DNA from: Schmidtea nova
Lineage: Eukaryota
Reading direction: 5' to 3'
Assembly (NCBI GenBank): GCA_044892505.1
Contig: CM097883.1
Span: forward strand, 93,682,001-93,746,000
Length of the DNA: 64,000 nucleotides
Shown: positions 49,451 to 60,435 of the stretch, in pieces
Numbering within the stretch: the first letter of the stretch is position 1
Layout: each line of letters begins with the position of its first letter
Program-made: the position numbers and the translations under genes
The notes under the pieces: model-generated
Seen by the model: only the letters and a program-made list of their open reading frames with translations
Databases searched by the model: none
Told to the model about the DNA's origin: nothing

Positions 49451-49996
49451 TTATGACCTTTGGCCTAATAAACCAGCACCTCCCAATAATGATAAAGCTA
49501 GTGGTAACAATGCTGCAATAAATCCTCCTTGTTGTTTATATATTATTTTGCGCATAAGTTTTCGATTTTTTGTTTTTACAAGCGACAACAATGGTTTCTT
49601 ATGCTTGTTCAAAACACGTCGATTAGATGGACTTAGATGCATTTTACCTCTCACTACTTTAATTAAAATAGCGAGTAAATCATCGATAACGTAATTAGGA
49701 AACGATTGAAGAATACCCATTCTTCTAGCGCTCGGGACTTTAAGCAATGCATTAAAAAACGGAAAACTCCGATGATGTATTTGTTTAGCATTGGATTTCC
49801 AATTAATTGGAATTTGATTACTCTTGGGAATATTATCCATAATTAGTTTTTTCGACGGTGTATAACTGTTTTTTGAAACTGATTTTGAAACGGATTTCTT
49901 TGACGATTTCTTTCGTCGACCTGCTTTCTTACCTATTTTCATTGATTTTCTAGCTTTTATCAATCGTTCAAACTTTACTCGAGATTTCATTAACAT
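49451..49996 (-). CDS. pX-like core protein, copy 2
   Basis: Same protein as 45386..45931. Confidence 0.6.
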   Translation of the reverse strand: MLMKSRVKFERLIKARKSMKIGKKAGRRKKSSKKSVSKSVSKNSYTPSKKLIMDNIPKSNQIPINWKSNAKQIHHRSFPFFNALLKVPSARRMGILQSFPNYVIDDLLAILIKVVRGKMHLSPSNRRVLNKHKKPLLSLVKTKNRKLMRKIIYKQQGGFIAALLPLALSLLGGAGLLGQRS

Positions 49997-50016
49997 TATT
50001 ATTACTGTAAATCAAT

Positions 50017-50459
50017 TTAAGTTTGTTTATAAACCATGGCTCCTTCCTTGTTAAAAATATCAGTTCTAACTCTTAAATCATCACTGCATTGTTGAGTAAA
50101 ATCCAGGAAAATATATCCATGAGGAGATTTTGTAGCATCTTGAAAGGCTTCCATCAAAAATTTACGGTTTGAAGAATAAGCTTGTCTTGCCAGAAAATCA
50201 AAAACTGTTGCATCTCTAGGACTTTTAAACACAACAAGATATTGAACATTTAAATTACGGGTTCGATGACTACCACCCTGATGAAATAAATTCTGAGTTA
50301 TAAAAATAACGGTAACACCTTTGTGTCTACTGATTTTCGTAAATACGTAAATTATTAAAATCCTTCTCTTTATTTGCTTCTTGGTACAAGTCATCAATGA
50401 TAATCACATCATCTTGTTGTAATCTAGATGACCAGTTTTTATCGTAACCTTTTATGATT
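50017..50459 (-). pseudogene. Packaging ATPase C-terminal part, copy 2
   Basis: Duplicate of 45952..46394. Confidence 0.88.
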
Positions 50460-51513
50460 GCCAACTTCACTGAGGTTCAGTTATGACAGCTCAATTTTGA
50501 AATTGATAGCCGATAATGTAATGCCCGTAACTGTGCTTGGATTCACTATCAGAAGCCCAGCAAGCAATATGAATGAGCTAGAAATCTTCGGAAAAGATAC
50601 GGTGAAACATGCAGAATTCAGAATTCTAGAGTGGAAAGTGATAAATAATCTCCAGATGACCATTAACGAGTGCAGAGGGACAATTAAGAAATATCCAGCT
50701 TGGTCGAAAAATGAAATGAGAAAATATATGAGCATGAAAGGATTTTCTACTTTAGCAGAGGAGATTTCATCGAAGATGGACACAACATTCAGCATTGATC
50801 ATAAGCCTCTCATAGATTTCACAGCAACTGAGATTAAAGAAAATGTTGACTTAGATGCTCTAGATGATGAATACGATGACTGGATAATGGGACATGAAGA
50901 AGAATCCTCAGATGAAGAGCTTGGAGATGATACAGCTTTATTTGAGATTGGCATCAATAAGGAGATTGACACTATCATGGATAATTTGTCTTATGTACCT
51001 TTACAAAGAGAAAAACCTGAAAAAATATTCAGAACTAGTATTTTTGACACTTTCTTTAATCACTTAATAATGTTGAATCCGGAACCTTTGAGAAGGCTTA
51101 GTCAGCAATTCTGCCTGCAGTCAGATCATATTTTGTTCAGAGAAATCTGTTTAGCATTCTCTTACGACATTATAGAGGATCAAAACTTAGATGAAATAGT
51201 TGACGAAGAGAATCTCTAGACAATGATCATCGGTTTTCAGAACGTGTAACTGTTTATAAATATGTACTTAGTGAATGACCTTGTAGAAGTTGTACAGTAT
51301 ATAAAGTGATATAATGCTATAAAAACTATAAAAAACTATAAATAAACAATAAAAAAACAGTGATGCTATGACTCAAATAATTGATATTGATGTCACCTGG
51401 ATTCTGTTGAATATATTAATACCAGGCTGAGATAGTCTTAGTGGAAATTTATAGATTTAAGTGTAAGCAAATGCACTATTTAATCATCATAGGTCGTCTG
51501 TCTGAGATCACAA
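50460..51513 (+). repeat. Half-unit of the bunyavirus-like array, copy 2
   Basis: Duplicate of 46395..47448. Confidence 0.92.
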
Positions 51514-51642
51514 GTTTACAAAGTAAAATGGTAGTTAGTCGATTTCAAGACTAATATTCACTAATTAATGCAATGTGCAAACGGTTTAGGTCTCTCTGCA
51601 TTTTGTTATAAGTATTTTTCATGATTCATTGGGGGGGGTTTC

Positions 51643-51833
51643 ATGATTGTCATTTTTATTTTACAAAACTGATCTTGGGTCATTCCATGTTCGTCGTCAG
51701 CACCCCTATGCCAATAAATTTTATTGAATTTTGATTTGAATAATTTCGATTGTAGTAATTTGCAAACAAATTAAGTTTTTCCACTCCCGCTTGGACCAAC
51801 AATTTGAAACACTGCATCATTTCTTAATTCCAT
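51643..51833 (-). pseudogene. Packaging ATPase N-terminal part (not in ORF track)
   Basis: Reverse complement reads MELRNDAVFQIVGPSGSGKT*FVCKLLQ...KIKMTI (Walker A, then TAA). It joins the C-terminal part in frame if the insert is removed. Confidence 0.88.
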
Positions 51834-51926
51834 ATTTAAAAATTATAATAAATTAATATTATTGTTTATATTTGTTTTAAATACTCGCTCTCAAAGTAAT
51901 TGTTTCATTTAAAAATATTTTCAGTA

Positions 51927-52394
51927 ATGATTAGAAACATTAATTACAAGGGTAAGACAGATGTGTCACACATGAAATTTCCAAATGGAAAACCACAGCA
52001 AATTGCAGATAGAAGTGGAAAATATCCAATAATATACTTTAAGACCGGTAGATATAGAATAATGGGATGCAAGGAATTTATTAATGATGAACAAGTTAAG
52101 TTTTACGATTTAACAATACAATCGATAACTGTAACTGCAGATTTAGGATTTATTTGTAATTTAAATGAATTATCTAAAGTGATACCGTGTGTTTACGAGC
52201 CAGAATTATTTCCAGCTTTGAGATACATCAAATATAATCCCATGTGTGTAAATATATTTGCAAGTGGGAAATTATTCATATTAGGATTAAAAAACAAAGA
52301 CTATTCAACTATAGTTGATGATATTATTAACGATATAAAATCAATTATCGAAGATAAAGCCTTTGTTGATTTCATACTAACATGTGACTCATGA
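51927..52394 (+). CDS. TATA-binding-protein-like protein (155 aa from ATG 51927)
   Basis: Two TBP half-repeats: IRNINY..IYFKTGRYRIMGCK and IQSITVTADL..YEPELFPALRY..P.CVNIFASGKLFILGLK. Confidence 0.8.
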   Translation: MIRNINYKGKTDVSHMKFPNGKPQQIADRSGKYPIIYFKTGRYRIMGCKEFINDEQVKFYDLTIQSITVTADLGFICNLNELSKVIPCVYEPELFPALRYIKYNPMCVNIFASGKLFILGLKNKDYSTIVDDIINDIKSIIEDKAFVDFILTCDS

Positions 52395-52660
52395 CTGCAA
52401 TATCGATGCACTAGAAATGCACGATTCTGATTGGTTCTGTGAGTATTTCGATAATAAAGACATGTTGGGCATGCTTGAATCTGATTGGTTCATTATGTAT
52501 TATTTTGCAAATCATGTGTGTTTCTTTCGTATATAAACTATGAACAATCTGTTATAGTTTATATCTACAATTATATCTCAAAAAACAAATAATTTAAAAA
52601 ATGGTAATATTTAAATTAATATATTTACAAATTTAATATATTTTATTTTTAGAAAAACTC

Positions 52661-52975
52661 ATGTCCGTTATATATACAAAATTGGCTGAGATGTTCCCCA
52701 ATCTGATGCAGACGCTGACCTATACAGCACCGGATCTGTTCCCATACAAAATTCAAGTTTTGACGGGAATCGACGTGAATCAGATATTGAAGGATCACCA
52801 GGCAAATATCAACAATGAACTACCTTTTATGGCGGAACATATATTATGCGCCTATCAATGCGAACACTGTGTGGATAGAATACACAAATTACAAGTGTGG
52901 GTTCTCCGAAATACTCTGAATCAATTTAAGACCCATCAGATGAATGAAATTATCGAGGAGGAGATGGAAAAATAA
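52661..52975 (+). CDS. Hypothetical Polinton accessory protein (C-x3-C-x2-C)
   Basis: 104 aa ORF preceded by CCAAT and TATA elements and a possible 49 nt intron. No family recognised. Confidence 0.5.
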   Translation: MSVIYTKLAEMFPNLMQTLTYTAPDLFPYKIQVLTGIDVNQILKDHQANINNELPFMAEHILCAYQCEHCVDRIHKLQVWVLRNTLNQFKTHQMNEIIEEEMEK

Positions 52976-53680
52976 AGATGGCTCAACTCAACTCCCGAGC
53001 CGATTGATGATGATTCAACAGATTTAGAAGCACAACACTAGATGGACCTTATCCATTGGAGTCACCTCAATCTCGGGATTGTAATGAATGTCACCGAAAG
53101 ATTGATGACGACATTGTAGATGATAATTGTCAATCTGATGATGATCATTGTCAATCTCGTGATGGTGGACCAATAGATATGTAAATTTTATTATCAATTA
53201 TGTTGAATAAACGTTTTCATTTTATTTTTAGTTTTTTTTATTTGTAAGAACTTTTTATTTAAATGTTTTAATTATTTTATTAAACTTTTTATTAAATAAG
53301 AAAGTGTTTTAGGTTTTATTTTTAAAAAAAGTATTTTAATTATTAAAGTTTTTATTAAATGCGAATCAGTAAGAAAGTTTTTTATTTTTTATGAAAAATA
53401 ATTATTGTGAAATAAATAATTACAAAACTTAAGAACATTAGTAGCAGAACATTGCGAGCAGAACCCTAGTATCAGAACATCTTTTGTGATGGTTTTTATG
53501 TGCAAAAGCTCATTACTTGAACATATACAAAATTAATAAACATGCATGCATACAACAAAGACATTGCAATACAGATGCATAGTGTGTGCAAGATAAATGC
53601 ATGAATATGATTGGACAAAGACATCCAGTCATCAGTATAAATACAAAGTGGTTTTTTAAAATATTGTCACAATTTATAAA

Positions 53681-54097
53681 ATGCATTCACGAAAACAAAA
53701 TTTAGAGATCAGCGAAGAAAAAATAATCATGACTGAGGTAAAACCAGTCCAGATGTACTATGATAGCCGAATTTATTTTTTGGTTCAAGAAATACCATTT
53801 CGAATATCATATCCAGTAAAGTTGACAAAGTCTTTATATGACAGTCTTGCTATAATTATTGATAGAGAAGATATTATCGCACTTAATAGATTATTTTCAA
53901 AGATCAATATTAATTTAACTTGTAAAGAAACAATGTACGTCAATAACAGAAAAACTCGGTTCCATAATGCTTTTCAAACTATCGAATTCGTGGATCAAGC
54001 ACATTGGTTCGTTACGGTAATAATTCAAGGATACAAGATTGATAAAAAGGATGTTGTTACTCCAATTTGGAGAGTTGACAATGCAAGATACGCCTAA
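53681..54097 (+). CDS. Hypothetical Polinton accessory protein
   Basis: 138 aa ORF with ATG, upstream inverted CCAAT (53608) and TATAAAT (53636), and AATAAA after the stop. Confidence 0.6.
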   Translation: MHSRKQNLEISEEKIIMTEVKPVQMYYDSRIYFLVQEIPFRISYPVKLTKSLYDSLAIIIDREDIIALNRLFSKININLTCKETMYVNNRKTRFHNAFQTIEFVDQAHWFVTVIIQGYKIDKKDVVTPIWRVDNARYA

Positions 54098-54160
54098 TTG
54101 TGATTTAATAAATTTTAGTATGAACAATTTTAGTTTTGATATTACTTTTTTGTTTTTAAA

Positions 54161-54763
54161 ATGAAATTAATTATAGTGTTATTATTATTATGTGTTCACA
54201 ATACCGAAGGAGAACAACCTTTGGAATCTTGTCAATCATCCCATCCGTTTAGAAGAGAAGATAGTACTTGCGCGAGTTATAATGAAATATGTATTTACTC
54301 AAACACTGAATGTAGTCAAATAAAATTACAATGTGATGAATGTCCTTCCAAAAATAATTTGATTAATAATGATATTGAAAAAATAATTAGTAAAATAAAA
54401 TTACAATGTGATCAATATCCTTCAAAAAATGAATTGATTAACAGTGAAATGGAAAAAATAATTATGAATATAATGATGAAAATTGTTGAAAGATTGAAAC
54501 GTACGAATCAAACATTTGTTAAAAAACAATATGAAGTACGATGCCAAAATCAAACGGTTGAAATTGATAACGAAAAAACAGCCATAGTATTACATTATAT
54601 AAGTTTATTTATATTAATAATTATACTGATATTATCGACATCGATACGATTAGAGAAAATATCTAATATTCCAAAGAATAATATTCCGAAAAATAATAAT
54701 ATTCCAATGAATAATATTACAATGAATAATATTCCTATGAATAATATTCCCAGTAATAATTAA
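54161..54763 (+). CDS. Type I membrane protein with TNF-receptor-like cysteine-rich domain
   Basis: Signal peptide MKLIIVLLLLCVHNTEG, C-x12-C-x2-Y-x3-C spacing, a 25 aa internal duplication, TM IVLHYISLFILIIILILS, and an NNIP-repeat tail. Confidence 0.6.
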   Translation: MKLIIVLLLLCVHNTEGEQPLESCQSSHPFRREDSTCASYNEICIYSNTECSQIKLQCDECPSKNNLINNDIEKIISKIKLQCDQYPSKNELINSEMEKIIMNIMMKIVERLKRTNQTFVKKQYEVRCQNQTVEIDNEKTAIVLHYISLFILIIILILSTSIRLEKISNIPKNNIPKNNNIPMNNITMNNIPMNNIPSNN

Positions 54764-54856
54764 TGTCAATAATTTTGAATCGAAATTTTGTACACGCACA
54801 CAACAATATATTTATAAATAAATTTTATTTTATTTTGTCTTTGTCTTTGTATTTTC

Positions 54857-55100
54857 AATGTCTTTGTTTACGTTCCACATGGATTACAATGTCTTTGTTT
54901 ACGTTGCACATGGATTGCAATGTCTTTGATGACTCATATTTGTGTTAAAAAATTTGTGTTAAAAAAATTTGTGTTAAAAAAATTTGTTAAAAAAGTTTTT
55001 GGCGCAAAAAAAATTTGAACAATTTTTGGCGCAAAAAAAAATTTGAAAAAAATTTTTGGGGCGAAAAAAAATTTGAAAAAAATTTATGAGTCATCGATGA
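54857..55100. repeat. Subterminal repeats of Polinton 2 (~32 bp AATGTCTTTG units; AAAAAATTTGTGTT and TTTTTGGCGCAAAAA units)
   Basis: Direct reading. Confidence 0.8.
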
Positions 55101-55180
55101 GCCATCAAAAAAATTTTTTACACCCCCCCGGGGAAGGGTCTTTGTTCTTTCTTCCGCCCTCGCAATGAGTCATAATGTCT

Positions 55181-55209
55181 TTGTTCCCGGCTCCGCACAT
55201 CTACCTACT
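55181..55209. repeat. Polinton terminal sequence (right TIR end) of element 2
   Basis: TTGTTCCCGGCTCCGCACATCTACCTACT. Confidence 0.85.
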
Positions 55210-55904
55210 GGAGACAGTTACGAATATGATATTAAATATCAATGAGGGGTCCCAGAAAAATATATTTAATAAATAGAAATTAATGAATAATTTATTAGTT
55301 ATGTAGAAAACCTGAGTCAATGGGAAGCCCGAGTGCATGGGAGACCCAGTCTAGCGGAGAGCCCAAAAAAGGAAACCCGAGAGGAAATTAAATTTCGAGA
55401 AGCGCAAATCTAATTATAACAAATTGTAATAAGCTAAAACCAAATTACTAAAGTTCGTAATCACATTTCATCCCAAGTTATGAAACGTAATTAATTTGTT
55501 GACAAGTTGGAAAACTATAAACGCTACAAAGAAACAACATCGAATTGCCAGTTTGGTTGTAGAAAATTGTCGTCAGATAACAGTAAATCTAACATTAGCA
55601 AATCAATGCGTATCAGAAATGGAAATCTACCTTTGGTAGATCTACCCCTATCGTTTGTGAAAAGACTGCAAAGTTTGTATAGAAAATTTTATTGATTTTT
55701 AGTCTTTTTAAATTGTTGGACAAAAAGAAATAAAAATTTATTGTGTTATGTCTTAGATATTTTATCAATTAACGGAGAACGAGGAGTCAGAAAATAAACC
55801 GACTCAAAATATAACCCAAGAGTATTATTTCGTAAAAGTTATTTAAAAATATAACAATGATAATATACTGTAATAACTATTTATAATAATAACGGTACTA
55901 TATA

Positions 55905-57416
55905 CCATTTTCCGGTCAATTTAGTCTTTTTACCAATCAATTTAGTCCTTTTATCAAGCAATTTAGTCTTTTTACCAATCAATTTAGTCCTTTTATCAAG
56001 CAATTTAGTCTTTTTACCAATCAATTTAGTCTTTTTTTCAGTCAATATAGTCATTTTCGAATTAATAAATATTTTATACTTTATTTATTTAGAATCATTA
56101 ATTTCCCGCGCCTTTCAAGGATTTAAAAAAATTTTAATATCCTATTTAATGAATAATAACAGTGAAGACAGAATTAATCATAGTACTAGAAATAGGAACA
56201 GCTCTGGAAAAAACAATTCTATTTCAAATGAAAAAAGACTAAGTTTAATACGTTTAGTTAATGATCAAGGGCAGAACATTAAAGAGGCCTCTTCATTATT
56301 AGAAATTAATTATAGTTCAGCAAAAACTATATTAAAAAACTACGAAAAAACAGGCAAGACAGAGTTGAAAAATAAAGATGGAAGTCAAAAAAAGATACTA
56401 ACACCTGAAATTATCAACGAAATTGAGAACATAGTCACATTCAATTCTCAATTTACGTTAAATGAAATCAAAAGAACTCTTCAAATTGAATCGCAAAACA
56501 GGCACATTGTTTCCGTTTCAACAATCAATAGTTGCCTTCAAGAGCTTAAAATCACGACAAAATTAACGCATCGAGAGCTTGAAAGGGTAAATATGCCCGA
56601 TAAAATTGAACTACGAAAGCAATACTCAATATGGTTCAATAATTACTTTTAAATGACTATTCAAAAGCCGTTTTTATTGATGAGAGCGGTTTTAATTTAC
56701 ACCTCAAAAGATGATATGGAAGGTCTAAGTGAGGAACAAGGGCTTTAGTAAGAATGCCAACTGTCAGGGGTCGTTCGGTTTCTTTAATTGCCAGTCTCAC
56801 AGTTGATGGAATGGGATTTTGTAAAACCATTACTAATTCAACAGTTAATTCCGATATATTTAATGAATATATTAATGAGCTGTGTAGGTACTTAAGAGAT
56901 GTTAAAGAAATGGAGAACGCCAGTTTAATTTTAGATAATGCGCGTATTCACCGAAGAGATGATATCAAAAGAATAACTTCTCAATATGGATTTGATTTTA
57001 AGTTCCTATCACCTTATTCATATATGCTAAACCCAATCGAAAACTCATTTTCTAAAATTAAAAATGGAGTTCGATCTAAATTAAGGGAAGTTGTAACCGG
57101 TACATTATCTGAACTGATTATGGCAGAAACAATAACTATAAATTCTAGAGATTGTTCTGGGTATTTTAGGTATATTATTCGTAATATTATTAATTGTGCA
57201 GCTGGAATGGCGTATGTTCATCAATAAATTTATAGTTGGTTTTTTTATATTAAACTGCTATAAAATTTATAAATTTCAATTTATTATTAAAGGACTAAAT
57301 TGATTGGTAAAAAGCCAAAATAGCTTGATAATAGGACTAAATTGATTGGTAAAAAGACTAAATTATTTAAAAAAGAACTAAATTGGTTGGCAAAAAGACT
57401 AAATTGGCCGGAAAAT

Positions 57417-57418
<2 letters not shown>
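55905..57418 (+). mobile_element. Tc1/IS630-like (DD34E) DNA transposon, full length, inactive
   Basis: TIRs CCATTTTCCGG(T/C)CAATTTAGTCTTTTT at both ends, TA flanks, and ~20 bp subterminal repeats. Confidence 0.9.
56149..57227 (+). pseudogene. Tc1/IS630 transposase
   Basis: N-terminal HTH region; FIDESGFNL, LILDNARIH, LSPYSYMLNPIENSF. Frameshift at ~56650 and two in-frame TGA. Confidence 0.9.

Positions 57419-57488
<70 letters not shown>
57419..57488. repeat. (TA)n microsatellite
   Basis: Direct reading; starts at the TA flank of the Tc1 element. Confidence 0.95.
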
Positions 57489-57494
<6 letters not shown>

Positions 57495-57517
57495 ACCATA
57501 ATGAAAATTGTTTAGAA

Positions 57518-58958
57518 CAGGGGTTCCCAAACTAAGGCCCGTGGGAAGTTTTTGAAAATTCACTCAAATTTATAAAACTAAATTAAAAATATTATAACTA
57601 AAATTAAAAAAATTATAAATATTTTTACAAAAATTTAAAACAGACTAGGAAATTTTTTTACATTTTTAATATAACATTACAAGCTTAACTATATTATATT
57701 AAAAAACAATAAAACATTACTATATTCTTTAAAATGTTTTACACTAGCTATCAGAAAATAGTTGTTTTATTGTTTGCTAATTTATTTTGAGAATATTTAA
57801 AATCTAATTACATTAAAATAGTAATAACGGATATATAATGATGTCAAAAAAAAATAAAAGTAGATAATGAACGCCGTGTATTTAATAAGCAGTGGTCAAT
57901 TGATTATTTTTTCACAATGGATAATAATAATAATTGTTTTGTCTAATTTGAAGAGATAAAATAGCAGTATTATAAGATTACAATTTGAAACGGCACTACA
58001 TTACGAAACAGTATGAACGTTGATCAGTTTGAAGATGATTTGCGTAAGAAAATGTTAAGCGAGCTTAAGAACGATTTTCACGGTGAGAAAAACATATTAC
58101 AAAAATTGACAAACCTAAATCTTTCCGCAGTCAAAGCAAGTTACCGACTCGCAAACATTATTGCTGCAAGAGACCGACCTTATACTGATGGGGAATTTGT
58201 CAAAAAATGTATTCTAGAAATGACTGAAGAGCTATGCCTAGAGTCAGTAAAATATTTTTCTGCTGTTAGCTTATCATCGAGCATAATCACGAGGCGTATT
58301 GATGACTTAGCTGTTGATATGTGTTGCCAGCTCAAAGACAAGGCGGTTGATTTTTCACATTTTTCAATAGCAATTGATGAGAGTGAATATGTAGTTCATA
58401 CCACTCAGTAATTTTATTTTCATTCGAAGCATTATTAAGAATTTTAAGGTAGCTTTAGAGCTTGCTGCACTAAAAAGTTTGAAGGATACCATGATTGGTG
58501 AAAACATATTTTAAAGTATCGGAAATGATGGAAGAACTCAAATTAAAATAGGAATAAATTGCTTGTATTACTAGAGATGGGGCCAAAAATATGGTCGTTA
58601 AAAATATAGGATTATAATAGGTCGTATTAATACGATGTTTGAAAGTAATTACAACATGAAGCCAATTTAACTACACTGCATTATTCATAAGCAATAACTA
58701 TGTGGAAAAGTTTGAATTTAAGTTTCGCATTGCCACTTTTCATTTCCGCAATAAATTTTATACGTAATAAAGGATTGTATCACCGTCAGTTTAAAACATT
58801 CCTGAAAATTGTAGAATATGGTGATTTGTTATACCACAGTGAAGTAAGGTGGTTAAGTCGCGGTAGCGTACTGAAACGTTTTTATAACAGAAAAGTTAAA
58901 ACCAGTTACAAAACTATCTGATCCTACGTGGTTGTGGGATCTAGCTTTTCTAACAGAT
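57518..58958 (+). mobile_element. hAT (Charlie/SPIN-like) transposon, 5' part, degraded
   Basis: TIR CAGGGGTTCCCAAACT after GTTTAGAA. Transposase pieces [65 protein letters not shown] and WDLAFLTD. No right TIR seen. Confidence 0.85.
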
Positions 58959-59337
58959 CAGGAGAGACAAATACAAAAATGTTGAGAGAAAAGTCGAAAA
59001 AATCAAGAAGGTAATGAAAGAGATTCCCGGAAACACAACGGAACAATAGGTTTTCGACGTTGCCGGACAATACCTACAGGAAGGAATAACAAAATGGAAA
59101 TTGATAAGTATTTTAGCATTTATGTTTAAAAATGTTCTGAAAGTACTCAAAGACGATCAATCAAGGATTGAAGTAGCATTAGATCGAATAGCCGACATCA
59201 TACAAGCGAATTTTGAGACATAAATGACTGAACACATATTTTGGGTGATACCGAAAGGGATATACGAGATAAATAGGTATATGTTTACCGAAGAGGCTCC
59301 TAGTAATCCACGGTGAACCGATCAACTTACAAATTGG

Positions 59338-59610
59338 TTGATGATGATGTTAGTGGTAATGATCGGAATATTGCGACAAGCAAATTTTTTAACGGCATAT
59401 GATTGCAGTGAACCGACACTAACACGAATCTATTCTTCAGTTGGCAGTGTGGAATGCAAGGAAGCATACCCAGACAAATTTTCGAAAATAGAGGATGCAG
59501 AATATTATGTGTATCAACAGACAGAGTGCTATAGAACCAAGGTAAGAGAGTGTCCATTGCAAAAAGCGACATTTGAGTATTATTGTGGAACTCACAGTTA
59601 TGCACCATAA
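59338..59610 (+). pseudogene. N-terminal fragment of a chuvirus-like / retroelement env-type glycoprotein
   Basis: Signal peptide, then AYDC..S...ECK..VYQQ..KVREC..YYCGTHS, matching the recalled [AG]YDC...Q...V..C...YCG.HS pattern. Confidence 0.6.
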
Positions 59611-60435
59611 GAGCGAAACTTATCCCAGTTCCACTAATAATCTTACTAGAGGATTATAGAACACAGTCAAAATAAATGATGAGAAGTGAAAGAAGATAGA
59701 TATAATAATTACCAGAGGATGAAGTTACCAATCAAATCTCTGACTCTAAAGCGTGCTTTTTTGATACACAAATTAACAATTTTCAGACAATATAAGCTTT
59801 TATCGATTATCACAGTTGATTAGACAAATTAGAATAAACCTATCAATTCAACAATCAAGTAGGCAATTATACGGAACTTATTGCAACACTACGTGAGGAA
59901 TAGCTTCCAAAATACTTAAACAATCACTAGCCGCTGATTTGATTCAATAATTTGGTAAAAATGGTTTCGATTGTCCTCGTGCTTTAACCTGACTTTATTA
60001 AATATACTGATTACTTTATTTCAATTCAGATTTCGTCACACCGTTTAATTAAATTATCTCGATATCGGTTTCCCACAATATCATGTAGCTTATTCAATTT
60101 TATTCTTCTACTGCCTTGTCCAACAAATTTGGCAAATACCTTTAATTTCTTTAATTACCTTTTCAATTACAATTTGAATTCTCCACTAATTTAAAATATA
60201 ACACACTTCTCTAATTCAATTTTTAACACCACTTAACTTCTGATTCAACTACTGTGCCTTTCCTTTAATAGCTCGTCAGTCTCCGTCACTCGTGACAATT
60301 TGTTTTTCCTATTTCTGCCTCTGGCATTTTTCATATTTTTTCTAGTTCCCTCGTTATCTCTGACAGCTGTAGAGATATTAATTTTGTTTTTTGTTTTCAA
60401 ATTTTCAAATTCTTTCTTTTATTTTGTACTTATTA

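Larger units (their letters stand above)
43383..51644. repeat. Tandem duplication with ~4065 bp period (X + Polinton block + EVE half-unit)
   Basis: ORF pairs 43593/47658, 45386/49451 and 46393/50458 are offset by 4065 and nearly identical. Confidence 0.92.
43515..55209. mobile_element. Polinton/Maverick element 2, rearranged; left part missing
   Basis: Penton-like, integrase, pX-like and ATPase genes on the minus strand, accessory genes on the plus strand, and the shared terminus at 55181-55209. Confidence 0.85.

Noticed and set aside
55210-55219. ACAGTT follows both Polinton ends (8541-8546 and 55214-55219)
   Set aside because: The offsets differ by 4 nt and left ends are unavailable to test TSDs; a 6-mer match is plausibly chance.
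55260-55880. GC-richer patch and ORF 55507..55695
   Set aside because: No tRNA/SINE boxes or protein motif recognised; cannot be supported as a feature.
56700-56740. Two in-frame TGA codons in the Tc1 transposase as recoding or an alternative genetic code
   Set aside because: The same gene also has a frameshift and other ORFs use TGG for Trp; ordinary decay is sufficient.
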